Origin: Cyanophora paradoxa CCMP329
Taxonomy: Eukaryota > Plantae > Glaucophyta
Assembly: GCA_004431415.1 (NCBI GenBank)
Contig: QPMI01000139.1
Coordinates: forward strand, 1 to 64,000
Direction: 5' to 3'
Length of the DNA: 64,000 nt
Under the pieces are notes generated by a model, which was given only the letters and a program-made list of their open reading frames with translations, was not told the origin of the DNA and did no database searches. This document shows, in pieces, positions 25,943 through 37,800 of this stretch (position 1 is its first letter; each line of letters begins with the position of its first letter). A program made the translations under genes and the position numbers.

Positions 25943-26458
25943 CATCTCTCTCTCTCTTGCTTTGTGCCCTAGTGAACCTCGCCTTGCGCTCTTCGCCTGT
26001 CCAAACCTCGCCTCGCGCTCTTCACAAATGGGGGCAAAGGGACAAAGGGGGTCGTCTAGGCTGGCGTAGCTCCTCGGGGTGTATTAACAGCATGCTAATG
26101 TCTGATTCTTCGGGTGGCCAGTGGCCACACCCGCATCAGTTTTCAAATCGCGGCAGTAACGTTCAGCTCCGTTTTTAACCGCCGCACCGATCGAGGTCGG
26201 AGTACTACGGTACAGCATTCGGCCTGGCGCCGTGCTGTCAAGCACGCAACATTAAGCTTGTTTGTATTCAGCTGCACATGTTGCTAGCATGAGGTAGCCG
26301 TGGGATCGTCCAGCGCGTGGAGCCAGCGCCAGGCAAGCGCGTGGTCGCCAGCGCCAGCGCGTGCGCTTGCGCCCCTTTGTGAGGGAGAACTGCCGCAGTG
26401 CCGCAGTGCGATGAAGGACAAATGGGAGTGAGCTCCCAGAGCGATGCCCTGACGGGCA

Positions 26459-29400
26459 TGAATGCAAGCGAGCCTCGGAGCCTCCCGCTCCAAACGTGCC
26501 GCTGAGCGCTGCTAAGCGGTGCTAAGCGGTGCACGTACGCGGTTGCTTCGCTGCGACGCTCGCATGCATGCGTGCGCCTGACTGCAGCAGCGCAGGTGCC
26601 GCACTGCTGGTCTGCCGGTGACACGGCCATAACCGTCGTCCGATCCACCATGAAGCAGCTCGCGCTCGCGCCGGGCAGCGTTCTGCAGTTCACGCCCCTG
26701 ACTTGGGAGGAGCTCGCGTGTTACATGGAGCACCGGCGGCTGCCGCCCAGCGCCGACAGGGCGCCCCCGCGCATGTACTTCCGCATCCCCCGCGGAGCCT
26801 GCCCCCTCGTGGAGGCGACCCTGATGCGCAACGGCTTCCGGATGCTCGCGCCCGGCGAGCGGGGCAGCGCGGACCTCACGTGGAGCGGCGGCGGCGCGCG
26901 CTCGACGCAGATCTCCGCCCTCGCCCCGTGAGCGAATCCCCGCGGGGCGGGGCGAGGCGGGAGCCTCGGAGGGGCCTGAGGCGCGGGCGGGGGCAGGAGC
27001 GCGAAGTGGAACCACTTCCCGCGGAGCAGCGAGCTGACGCGGAAGGACCGGCTGTACACGAACTTCGCGCGCATGCGGGAGCTCTTCGGCTCCCGCCACT
27101 TCGACTTCGTGCCCCTCACCTTTATCCTGCCCCACGACGCCCCGCTCCTCGCCGCCGAGCACTCCCGCCTCCGCTTCCACGCCCGCCCCGCCCCGCCCCG
27201 CCCCGCTCCCCGCACGCCCCGGAACCAACCGCCCGTCCGCGTAGGAGGGAGCCCGGGCCATCTGGATCTGCAAGCCCAGCAACCTCTCCCGCGGCCGCGG
27301 CGGTGTGCCGTCTCGCAGGCCCCGCGCAGCCCCGCCGGCTGACGCCGGGGGCAGTGTTCCTGGCGGCGTCCCCCGCGGAGATCCGAACCGACGTCGCCTG
27401 CGTCGTCCAGAGGCGCGCGCCCCCTCTCCCCGCCTCGCCCCCCGTCGCCCCCGAGGCCGCACCGCAGGTACATCCACAGGCCCCTCCTCGTCGACGGCCG
27501 CAAGTTCGGTGCCCCTCCCGCCGGCACGCCGCGCCCCCGCGAGCCGCCCTCACGCGCCGCGCCGCAGACCTCCGGATCTACGTGGTGCGATGCGAGGCGC
27601 CCGCGGGGGCCTCGAACACGCGAAGGCGCGAGCGTGCGGGGCGGGCGCAGGCGGTGACGTCGTTCGACCCGCTGCGGGCGTACCTCTACGGCGAGGGCCT
27701 CGCCCGCTTCGCCTCCGAGCCCTTCGACCTCTCCAACCCCTCCAACCCCTTCGTGCCGCCCCCGAGCCCGCCCCGCCGCCCCCCGGGGCCCGCCGGGGCC
27801 GACGCGGGAGGGGCGGCAGGTGCACCTGACGAACTACTCGATCAACAAGCGGCGGGCGGCCTCGCGGGCCTCCGCCGGGGGCGCCTGCGCCGAGGACCCC
27901 GAGGCCTGGCTCTACGGCGACGTCGAGCCCGAGCCCGACGCCCCCGAGGAGGGCGCGGAGGGCGGCGAGGGGCCCGCCCCGCCCCCGCACCCCGAGCCCG
28001 CCGACGCCGAGCGGCGGCCCGACGCGCCCCCGCCGGTGCGCGCGCGCGGGGCCGGCGGGGGACGGGGTGCGGGGCGGCTGCGACGGGGCAGCAGATCAAG
28101 ACGCGACTGACGGCGCTGCTGAGGCGGCTGGAGGCGGGCGGGGTGGACGTGCAGGGGCCGGAGGGCCTGATGGCGCGCATCCGGGCCCTCGTCGTGAAGA
28201 CGCTGCTGAGCGGGGAGAGCGCGATCCATGCCGCCTGCAAGATGTCCGTCCCCTTCCGCGGCAACTGCTTCGAGGCGCGCCACGCATCCCCGCCCCGCCG
28301 CCCCGCCGGCAGCGCGCCGCGGGCTGAGGGGGCGCGGGGGCAGCTCTTCGGGTTCGACGTGCTCATCGACGAGACCCTGCGCCCCTGGCTCCTCGAGGCC
28401 CGCCCTCCCCGCCCCTGCCCGCCAGTCCCGGGGCGGCCCGTGACGGGGCGCGGGGCGGGGTGCAGGTGAACCTGAGCCCGAGCCTGGCGTGCGACGCCCC
28501 CGTGGACCTCGCGGTGAAGGGCCCCATGCTCGCCGACCTCTTTACCCTCGTCGGCTTCCGGCCCCCCGCCTCCGTCTCCGCACCGCCCTCCCCCCACCGC
28601 CACCGCCCCGCGTGCGCCCCGCCCCTCGCCACAGCGCCCCGGCGCCCCGGCGCTCTCCCGCCGCCGAGCTTGGCACGCAGGCCGCCGCAGGCCCCGCCGC
28701 GCTCGCCCCAGGGCGGGCCGCAGGTGGGCGCCCGGCGGACGGTGAGCGCGGGCGGGGGCACGGCGGGGGCCCTCTCGAGGGAGCAGGGGTGGGACGGGAG
28801 GCCGGGGCCGGCGGGGGCGCGCGGGGCGGGGGCGGGGGCAACGGGGACGGCCCCGCGAGCCTCGCCGCCCTCTACTCGCCCTTCCGCGGCGACGGCGGCC
28901 TCTTCCGCGGCGACCGCGCCCTCGGCCGCTCCGAGGGCGCCCCCTACAGCCCCCGCGTGTACCCCCCGCCGCCTGGGGGTGCGCGCGCCGGCGCTGCGCT
29001 CTGGGCGTGGCGGGGGCGGTGAGGGCGGGGCGCAGGCAGCTGGCGCCGGAGCAGCGGCAGGTGCTGCGGGAGACGGAGGACGAGCTCGCCCGCGCCGGCG
29101 CCTGGAGCCGCGTCTTCCCCCGGCCCCTCCCAGCCGGCCCCGCCCCGGCCCCTCCCGCCCGCACTCCCCGCCGGGGCGCCCCGGGGCGCCGGGCGGGGCG
29201 TGCGGGGGGAGCGGAGCCTTCCCGAGGGGCGCGACCTGCTCGGTGCGCGCGCGCGGCCCCGCTCCCCTCCCGCGCATGCTCGAGGCGACGGGGCGCAGGG
29301 CTCTACGAGCGCATGTTCGAGGGCCCGCGGCCCAGCGTCGCGCTCCTCGCCCTCCAGTACCGCCACCAGCAGGCCCTCGCCGCCCCCGCCCTCGCCCCGG

Positions 29401-29670
29401 GCCCCCGCCCGCACCCCTTCCCAGGCCCCGCCGGCGACCCCGCCCCGCGCCCGCCCAGCATCGCGCGCCCGCCCTCCCCGATCCGCTCCCTCCCGCTCCC
29501 TCCTCGCCGCCCCGGGCCGCACGGTCGCCTCCCCTCGACGCCGCCGCCGCTGCGGCCGGCGAGGTGCGCGCCGCCTCGGCGCGGCCCGTGCGGCGGGCAC
29601 GCTGACGGCCGGCAGCGACTTTGCGGCGCGGGCGCGGGCGCTCCAGGAGAGCCTCCGCCCCAGCGCGTGA
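26459..29670 (+). CDS. Tubulin polyglutamylase, TTLL4/5-like; start approximate
   Basis: [90 protein letters not shown]. Confidence 0.92.
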
Positions 29671-29800
29671 TCCCCCCTCGCCCCCCGCGCAGCGCTCTGC
29701 TCTTTCTCTCCGAGGCTCGCTTTTTTCGCTTTTTTTTTCGAATGTGGGATGATGAAGCGGAGGGGGCCGGCGGGGAGGGGGCGGGGCCGGGGCCGGGGCG

Positions 29801-31674
29801 TCAGCGGGAGGGGAAGGCGGCGTCGAGGGCGGCCTCGGCCTCCTCCCCCGCCCGCTCCAGCACCCGCACCTCCACCCGCCCGCCCCGCCCCCACCGCCCC
29901 GCCAGCCCCGCCACCCGGCCCGCCCCGCCCCCATCCCGCCCCGCGGCCGGGGCCGGGCCCCGCGGGGGCGGCGGGGCGTGAAGGGCCGGGGTGAGGGTGA
30001 GGCGGGCGGCGCGGGGGGCGAGGGCGAGGATGCGGAGGAGGGAGGCGGGGCGGAGGGCGAAGGCGGGGCCCCGGGCGGCGCTGCACTCGGCGCACTCCCG
30101 CACGACGAGCTCGCGCAGGGCGGGGGCCGGCCCCGCCGCCGCCCCCGCCGCGAGCGCCGACGCGGCGTCCTCTACGGCGCACTCCGAGGTGACGAGGAGG
30201 GCGAGGGCCGGCAGCCGCCCCAGAGAGAGCAGCGCGCCGGCCCCGCACCGCGCCAGCCCCGCCGCCCGCAGGCAGGGGGCCCGGGGAGGGCCTCGGGCCC
30301 GGCGGCGGGGCGGGCTGGGGCTCGAGGGCCGCGCAGGGGGCCGGGGCGAGGGCGAGGAGGCGGAGGCGGGGCAGGGCAGAGAGGGCCGCCGCCGCGCACT
30401 CCTCCGCAGCGTCCCCGTCCTGCGCCCCCGCGCCCGCTCGCCGCGCGAGGCCTGCCGGCGCGCGGGGGGCTGGGCGCATGCGCACACGGGGAGCATGAGG
30501 TGCGTGAGGCCGGGGCAGAGGCTGCGGGGGTGAGATGGCGGGCAGGGCAGCGCGCGCGGGGTGGGGCGGGCGTGCCGGGCGAGGGCGCGGAGGGTCGGGG
30601 GTGGACGGGGGTGCAGGAGGCGGCGTGGAGCTCGGCGAGGCGCGGGGCGAGGGGCGCCACGGCCGCCACCAGCGCGTCCAGCCCCGCCGCCTCCGAGACC
30701 CACAGCGCCCGCAGCGGCAGGGGCGCGGGGGCGCCCCCGGGGGCCTCGAGGAGGGAGCGGGCCCAGCGCCAGCGGACGAGGAGGCAGCTCTCCACCTTGA
30801 GGAGCTCCAGGGCGGGGCAGCCGCGCAGCAGCGCCTCCACACCCTCGTCCGTCACCCGGTTGCTGCCCCCGCACCCCTCAACCCCCGCGGCGAGGCGGAG
30901 CGCCGGCTGGGACCGGCGGCAAGGGGGCGCGCCAGAGGCGGAGGCGGGCGTCGCGAAGGCGGCGGTGGGCGGAGGCGGCGCGCAGGCAGTCGTCCGTGGC
31001 CGGCCAGCGCTCGAGGTGCAGCGCCTCCAGCAGCGCCGCCCCCGCCAGCAGCGCCCGCAGCTCCTCCGAGGCCCGCCCCTCCAGGCGCGCCCCGCCCGTG
31101 TAGGCGAGGCGGAGGCGGCGCAGGCGAGGCGCGAGCGCCTGCATGCCGAGGAGCGTGTCCCGGCCCGCCGGCACAGCGAGCGCGACCGAGCTCAGGCACG
31201 GGAGCGCCGCCCCGAGGCCCCGCATGAGCGCAGCGTCCACCTGTCGAGCCCGCCCGTCGGCGGCGCGCGGCACGCTCGCGGCGCGGCCGAGCTTAGGCCC
31301 ACCATCTCGGGGACGGCGCGCAGGTCGAGGTGCGCGAGGAGCGCGAAGCGCCGCTGGCAGAGGAGGCGCTCCAGCGAGAAGCTCGGCCCGGCCGCGGAGA
31401 GGAACGGCACCGCGCAGTTGCCCGAGCCGATTCCTCCCACGCGTTCGCCTCCCTTGAGCCGCGGAACGACCAGCTCGGTCCAGAAGCGCGCGTCCTGCGG
31501 GGCGGGCGGTTCACGTGCGCTGCGAACCGCGGCTGGAGCGCCGGCGCCGGCACGCACGTCGACGATAGCGCGCCAGCGCTTGCAGACGCGCGCCAGGAGC
31601 GCGACTGAGGTGACGTTCGCGTCCCGCACGCGCGTCAGGATGAGGCTCAGGAGCGCGTCGTCCAGGTCCTCCAT
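29801..31674 (-). CDS. F-box/LRR-repeat protein
   Basis: N-terminal F-box MEDLDDALLSLIL..LARVCKRWRAIV; LRR units such as VTDEGVEALLRGCPALELLKVESC. Confidence 0.75.
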
Positions 31675-32296
31675 CGCAGCCCGCCGCGCAGCACTGCACA
31701 GCGCCGCGAGGCTGCAGCGGGTTTGAAGAACAAGAAACAGCCGGCCCCTGCTAACTGGCTCACTGTGCCGGTCGCGCTAGCCGGGGTATTCGAAACGTTA
31801 ACTGCCCCGCGCGCGCGCCATGGCCAGCTGCATGCGCAGCTCCATCTGCAGTCATGTGTACGTAAAAGTCTTGACTGAGTGCTAGATTTGTATGGTCGCA
31901 GCGCTAACTTCAGTGCGCGCTTGGCGCCGGCAGTGCCCAGAGAACATCTTGAGCGCACGTCAATCCGCATCCCAGGACTGCCAGCCCCCAACGCGTACGG
32001 AGGAAAGCTGTGGAATTCGGCGGAGTGTCCGAGCAACTGCGTTCATTGACTTGAACAGAAAAAGATAGAAGTGCTGCGTGAAAGAACGAGGGAACAGACT
32101 TCCTCTTAAGAGGGCCGCGACCCGCGGATCGAAGGGGCCGGGCCCCGGAGGTCATCCTGGAGCTCTACCGTGGGGATGAGATGTGGTCGAACCTATCTAC
32201 GAGGGAAGGAGTAGGCTTCGACGGGCTTGGGACGTGGAGGGCCAAAGAAAGGGGAGGCAGGGAGGAAGAAAAAGCGGAGCCGAAGGGAGGATTGGA

Positions 32297-33085
32297 TCAG
32301 ACGACGGGGGCGGCGGGGGCGAAGGCGGGCCGCGACTGCTTCTTGGGGGCCGGCGTCTCGTCCGACTCGCTGTAGGAAAGGCGGCGGCGGCGGCCGCCGG
32401 TCTCCACGAACGGGCTCGGTGTGAGCAGGTTCAGCTCCTGGTGGCTCTGCAGCACGGCGCGCTGGCCGCGGCTCTTCGGCTTGGCGCTGGCGGCCGGCGC
32501 GGGCGTCGCCGGGATGGACTTGTTGGAAGGGGCGGGCTTCAAAGGCGCGGGAGGGTTGGCGTCGTTCGCGGCGGAGGCTTCCGCGTCGGGGCCGGACGAC
32601 TTCGCCTCCCCGGCCGAGGGCACTTTCGGCGCCAGGTCGGGCAAGTCGAATTCACGCGTGTACCGCCTCTTGGCGACGAAGGCCTGGAGCGAACGCGGCG
32701 CCGCATAGCGAGGAATCTCCTGCTTAATGACGACGGAGGAGTATGCCTCCTTCTTCTCGGCCGGGGCCTTCGCGCTGGTGCTGAGGCCGACTAGGGGCGA
32801 GGGCTTGCTGGGCACGACCGACAGCACCGAATCCTGAGAAGATGAGTCCTTGATGGGCGAGACGCTCTGCTTCGGCGAGTCGCCGGCAACAGCGTCGCTG
32901 CGCGTGGCGGGAGTTAGGTTTCCGACCACGCGGCGGAGCGCCCTGGGGCGCGTGTTATCGCAATCGGAGACGGGATCGCACAATTTCAAGGAGCCCTTCG
33001 GCGGTGAGGCGAGGGCGGCGCGGCCCAAGTCGGAGATGCTCGGATCGAGCTCCAGGCTCACCGACGAACGGCTGGTTGCAGGCAT
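32297..33085 (-). CDS. Hypothetical Ser/Pro/Lys-rich disordered protein
   Basis: Intronless ORF with a non-shadow amino-acid composition, divergent from the 33243 gene. Confidence 0.45.
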   Translation of the reverse strand: MPATSRSSVSLELDPSISDLGRAALASPPKGSLKLCDPVSDCDNTRPRALRRVVGNLTPATRSDAVAGDSPKQSVSPIKDSSSQDSVLSVVPSKPSPLVGLSTSAKAPAEKKEAYSSVVIKQEIPRYAAPRSLQAFVAKRRYTREFDLPDLAPKVPSAGEAKSSGPDAEASAANDANPPAPLKPAPSNKSIPATPAPAASAKPKSRGQRAVLQSHQELNLLTPSPFVETGGRRRRLSYSESDETPAPKKQSRPAFAPAAPVV

Positions 33086-33242
33086 TGCAGTATGTGATTT
33101 GGTCGACTGCTTGCGCGTGCTGGCGCGTCCCGGCGGGCTGCTGTCGCTCTGGGGAGAGTTGGCGCCCTTTTCGCGCGGGTTTCGAACTTTTCGTTGCAAC
33201 TAGTCTTCCGGCGTACCCGTCGTTTCTCCCCCCTCTCGCAAA

Positions 33243-34567
33243 ATGACCTCGCGCGGTGGCAAGGCCGGTGGCGGCGCAGCGCCCCGCTTCCTTAGCCGCG
33301 ACCAGCTACAGTCGCGCCTCGTGGCATTTAAGAGGAACGGCAACGCGTCCGATATCTCATTTCCGCCGTCGCTGACGAACGTAGAGCGGAGGAACAGTGA
33401 GCGCGTACGCGGCAGTTCAGTTCTGCATTGCTGACACTGCGCAGTTCACGAGATATGCGAAGCGCTGGGCCTCGGGCATCAGAGCGTCGATGCGGACGGC
33501 GGCCGCTTCATCCGCGTGTACAAGCTGGACGCCGCGCCGGCGCCTGCGGCAGGCGCGAGCGGCGCGGCTCCAGCGGCCGCCGACGAGGAGCCGAGCGCGG
33601 GTCCGTCGAGGCACAGCGTGCAGCGCAATGCCTTCGACGTGGTCCGCCTCCGCCGCTTCTCGCGGTTGGGTCCCGGCCGCGAGGGCGCTGACGGCGGTCC
33701 AGCTGGCGCAGCTGCAGCTCGCGGATGCGGAGGGCGCCGAGGCTGGGGAGGGCGCGGCAGGCGGCTCCGAGCCGGATGAGGAGGGGAGCGAGCGCGAGGG
33801 GGCGGAGGGCGGGCCGGAGCCAGCGGCGGGGGCACCCGGCGCGGCGGCGGCCGCCAAGCGGAAGAAGAAGAAGACGAAGAAGAAGACGGCGGAGGCGGGG
33901 GCGGAGGGGGCGGGGGCGGGGCCGCAGGCCCCCCCCGGGGATGCTGCTGCTGGGGAGGAGGACCCCGACATGGCCTTCCTCCGCTCCATCGACCAGTGCG
34001 GCCCCGTCCCGCCCCCCGCCGAGCCGGCCGGCAGCTGACGGCGGGGCGGCGGGGCGGTGCGGCAGCTCGAAGTGCGGGCAGCGGCTGGCCTCGGGGAAGG
34101 TGTGCGGGGCCTCGGTGGCGACCATCGGGCGCCTCTGCGCCTTCTGCAAGCTCAAGTTCTGCCTCGAGCACAGCCTCCCCGAGGCCCGCCCCACCCCTCG
34201 GGGCCGCCTGCGGCTTGTCCCTCGCTGCGGCGTCGACGGGGCCGGCAGGTGCACGGGTGCGGGGAGGACGCAAAGCGGAAGGCGCGTGGGGATTGGCTGG
34301 CGGCGCACGACAAGCGGGAGCCCTGGACGGCGGAGAAGAAGACCCCGGAATGGCAGCGCGACTACCTCGCCCGGAAGCTCGAGCAGCGGGCCCGCCCCGC
34401 CCCCGCGCCCCGTCCTCCCGCCCCCGCCCCGCTCTCTCGAGCCGCCCCCGCCGCAGATCGGCGCGGCGCAGGAGCAGCGCGCGGCACAGCGGAAGCCCAG
34501 CGGCGCTGGCGGAACCTCGGGAGCTGGCGCAGGGGCGAAGGGCGGGGGGCGCGGGGGCAAGACGTGA
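33243..34567 (+). CDS. R3H + AN1 zinc-finger protein (resembles the IGHMBP2 C-terminal half)
   Basis: R3H: FPPSLTNVERR..HEICEALGLGHQS. Lys-rich KRKKKKTKKK. AN1: CGASVATIGRLCAFCKLKFCLEHSLPEVHGCG. Confidence 0.8.
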
Positions 34568-34853
34568 GACCTTGGGGACGCTGGGGCTCTCTGCCCCAGC
34601 CTCTCGCCTTCTCGAATCCGCCTCGGTCGGCCTGTCAAGCCTGCTGCTCGGTTCGTCCGGCGGCCCCTGCCGGGCGCCTCGTCCGGATGAGACGCCCCGA
34701 GTGCCCGTGGGCCCCACGAGCGTCCCTTGTCCCCCGTGCACGGCTACGATGGCGGCCGATCGGCGCAATAACGCGTTCTGCTCATGCTCGGTGCTGCGCA
34801 GCCGCTGCTGCAGTGGGAAGGGGGGGGGGCGGGGAGGGTCACAGGGGCGGCGG

Positions 34854-37800
34854 TCAGGAGCCGGGGGGCCGGCGCCAGGCGGCGACGGGGTTGCCGTTCT
34901 CGGGGAGGGCCTCCCGCCCCCGCTCCCCGGCGCTGTGCGACTGCCGCGGCGGCGCCGGCACCGGCGGCTGCTGCGCGGGGGGCGCCTGCACGGGCGCCGC
35001 GGGGCGGGAGGCCTGGACGGGGAGGTGGTGGACAGGGGCGCCCGGGGGCGTGGGGGCTTGGCGGGGGGCGGGCCCCCTGGGCGGCGGCGAGCTCGGCGCG
35101 GAGGCGGACGATCTCGCGCTGGTAGCGGGTGGTGGCGTCGGCGAGGTAGGCCTGCAGCTCGCGGAGCTGCTCCTCGGCGACGAGGCAGCGCGTGCGCAGC
35201 TCCGCCCGCTCCTTCTCGAGCTCCGCCTGCGCGTTCGCCGTCCACTCCCGCAGCTGCACCCGCACGGCGTCCGGCGCCGGGCCCCCCGCCGCCCCGCCCC
35301 GCCCGGGCGCGCCCCGGGGGCCCCCTCGAGGTCCCGCACGCGCTGCTGGAGCTGCACGACCTGCGCCGCCAGCTTCGCCGCCGTGCCCCCGCCGTCGCTC
35401 CCCAGCAGCTTCACCTGCGCGGCACTCGGCGCCCGCCCCCCAGAGGCGGCGGGGGGCGGACCTGGGCGCGCAGGTCGACGATCTCGCGCCTGCAGGCCTC
35501 AAGCTCCCGCCGCGCCGCCTCCAGCTCCCGCCCCTGGCTGCGGCCGGCCTCGACCCGGGGCCCGCCGGCATGCGGGCCGGCCGGCGGGCGGGGCGCACAT
35601 GGCGGAGGCGGTGTGGCGGGTGGCGGCGACCTCGGGGGGCGTCCGCGCGGGGTTCTCCCCGAGCCCCGCCCGCATCGCCTCCCGCCGCTCCCGCTTCTGC
35701 CGGATGCTCTGCGCCCCGCTCAGCGGCGCCGAAGACGGCGGGGAGGCGGGAGCAGCAGGGGCGGACCGCCTTGACCTCCTCGGAGACGCGCTGGAGCTTG
35801 CGGGCGCCCGCCAGCGGGCCCAGCACCGCCGTCGTCCCCTCCCTGCCCCCCCGCCGCGTCGCCCCGGGTCCCCGCGCGGGGCTCCGGCGGGGCGGGGCGG
35901 ACGGGAGGAGGTCGGAGAGGAGGCGCTGGTAGGCGTCGACGGTGCGGAGGGCCATGTCGCTCTGCTGGACGAGCTCGCTCTCGAGCTCGCCGAGGCGGTG
36001 CCGCAGCGACTCGCACTCCCGCTCCAGCTCCGCCTCGCGGTCCGAGACCTGCTCGCCCAGCTGCCCCCGCAGCTGCTCCTCCGAGAGCACCTGCCGCCCC
36101 GCCCCCGCCCTCGGCGCCGGCACACCCGGGCAGGGCGGGCGGGGCGGGCGGGCCTCGGGGAGGGGCTGGCCCGGGGGCGTGGCGTCGGCGAGGGCGTTGC
36201 GGGCGGTGCGGTAGGCCTGGAGGAGGACGCGATTGCGGAGGAGAAGCTCCCGCGCCTGCTTCCGCAGCGCCGCCGCCTCCGCGACGACGCGGCCCTCCTT
36301 CTCGCTGTAGCTCTCCACCAGCTCCTGCGTCAGCTCCTGCGTCGCCGCCTGCATCTGCATCCGCGCCTCCGCCTCCTGCGCCCGCTCCAGCGGGCCCTGG
36401 CCCCGCGCCAGCACCCGGCTCAGGTCCGCGATCCGCCGCAGGTCTGCGCCCCGCCCGCCCCCCTCGGCGCCCCTCCGGCCTGGCCTGGGCGGGGCGGGGC
36501 GGGGGCGGACAGGTCTGGAGGGTCTCGCGGTACTTGCGGTTGTCCTCCTCGGCCTTGCGGATGGCGGCCTCGCGGTCGGCGTGGAGGACGACCTCGCGCC
36601 GCGTCCGCTCCGCCTGGTCCCCCTCGAGGTCCCCCACGCGCCGCGCCAGCTGCTTCCCCTGCACCCGCTCCCGCGACAGGCCCGCCACCGCCTCCGCCAG
36701 CTGCCGCTTCACCCCCGACAGCTCCTCCTCGTACTTCCGCTGCAGGTCCGTCTGCCGCCGCCGCCCCTCTGTGAGCGGGTGGAGGCCCGGCGGGGGCGCG
36801 GGGCGCGCACGAGGGCCCGCTCCAGCGCCGCCTTCGCCGCCTCGCCCTGCGCACGCCCCGTGAGGAGGCCCCCCGGGCAGCGCCGCGGGGCGGGGCGGGG
36901 CGGGGCGGGCCTGCACGACGGCCTTCTCGAGCTCGAGCTTGGCGCGCATCGCCTCCGCCTTGAGCTCCTCGTTCGCCGACTTCAGCGCCGCCGCCTGCTC
37001 CTCCAGGCTCCGGCTCGCCGCCGCCACGCTCGTCCCCGCCGCGTCCTTGTCCTCCACCCTGGCCCCAGAGTCAGCGCCCCGCCGCCCAAGGCCGCCGGCG
37101 CGGCGCTGCGGGTGCGCACAGGCGCATGAGGCGGCCGCGCTCGCCGCGCATCTCCTCGCGCTCCTTCAGGAGGGCGTCCCGCGCGTTCACCAGGTTCACG
37201 ATCTCCAGGCTGCGCCCCGCCCTCAGCGCCGCCGGCCCCCGCCAGCGCCTCGGGCCGGCGGGCGGCGCGCCTCATCTCCTCGACCTTCTTGCGCTCCGCC
37301 TCGAGCAGCCGCGCCAGCTCGTCGCTCCGCCCCTTCAGCGCCACGTAGTCCACCCGCAGCTCCTCCTGCGCCCGCCCCACGCTCGCCCCGCCCCGCAGCG
37401 CCTGCCGCGGCCACGCCGCGGAACGCACGCGCTGCCCGTTCGTCTCGGCGAGCTGCCGCGTGAGCTCCTCGATCTGGGGCGGGCCGGCTCAGCGGGGCGG
37501 CGGAGGAAAGAAGGGGCGGGGCCGGGGCGGGCCTTCTTGTCGCGCTCCTGGAGACGCATCTCGGCCTCGAGAAGCTCGTTCTCCGTGGAGAGGAGCTTGT
37601 TGACCACCTCGTACTTCTCCGCCTCCGCCTTCTCCGCCAGCGTGTTGTTCTCGATCTGCGCCCGCCCCCCGGCACTCGGCCCCCCCGCGGCCCCCGGCGC
37701 CGGGCGGGGCGGGGCGGGGCGGGGCGGGCCTGGAGGTCGACCAGGGCGCGGGAGACGGTGAGGCGCTCCTCCTCGGAGGCGATGAGCTCGCCCTGCACCG

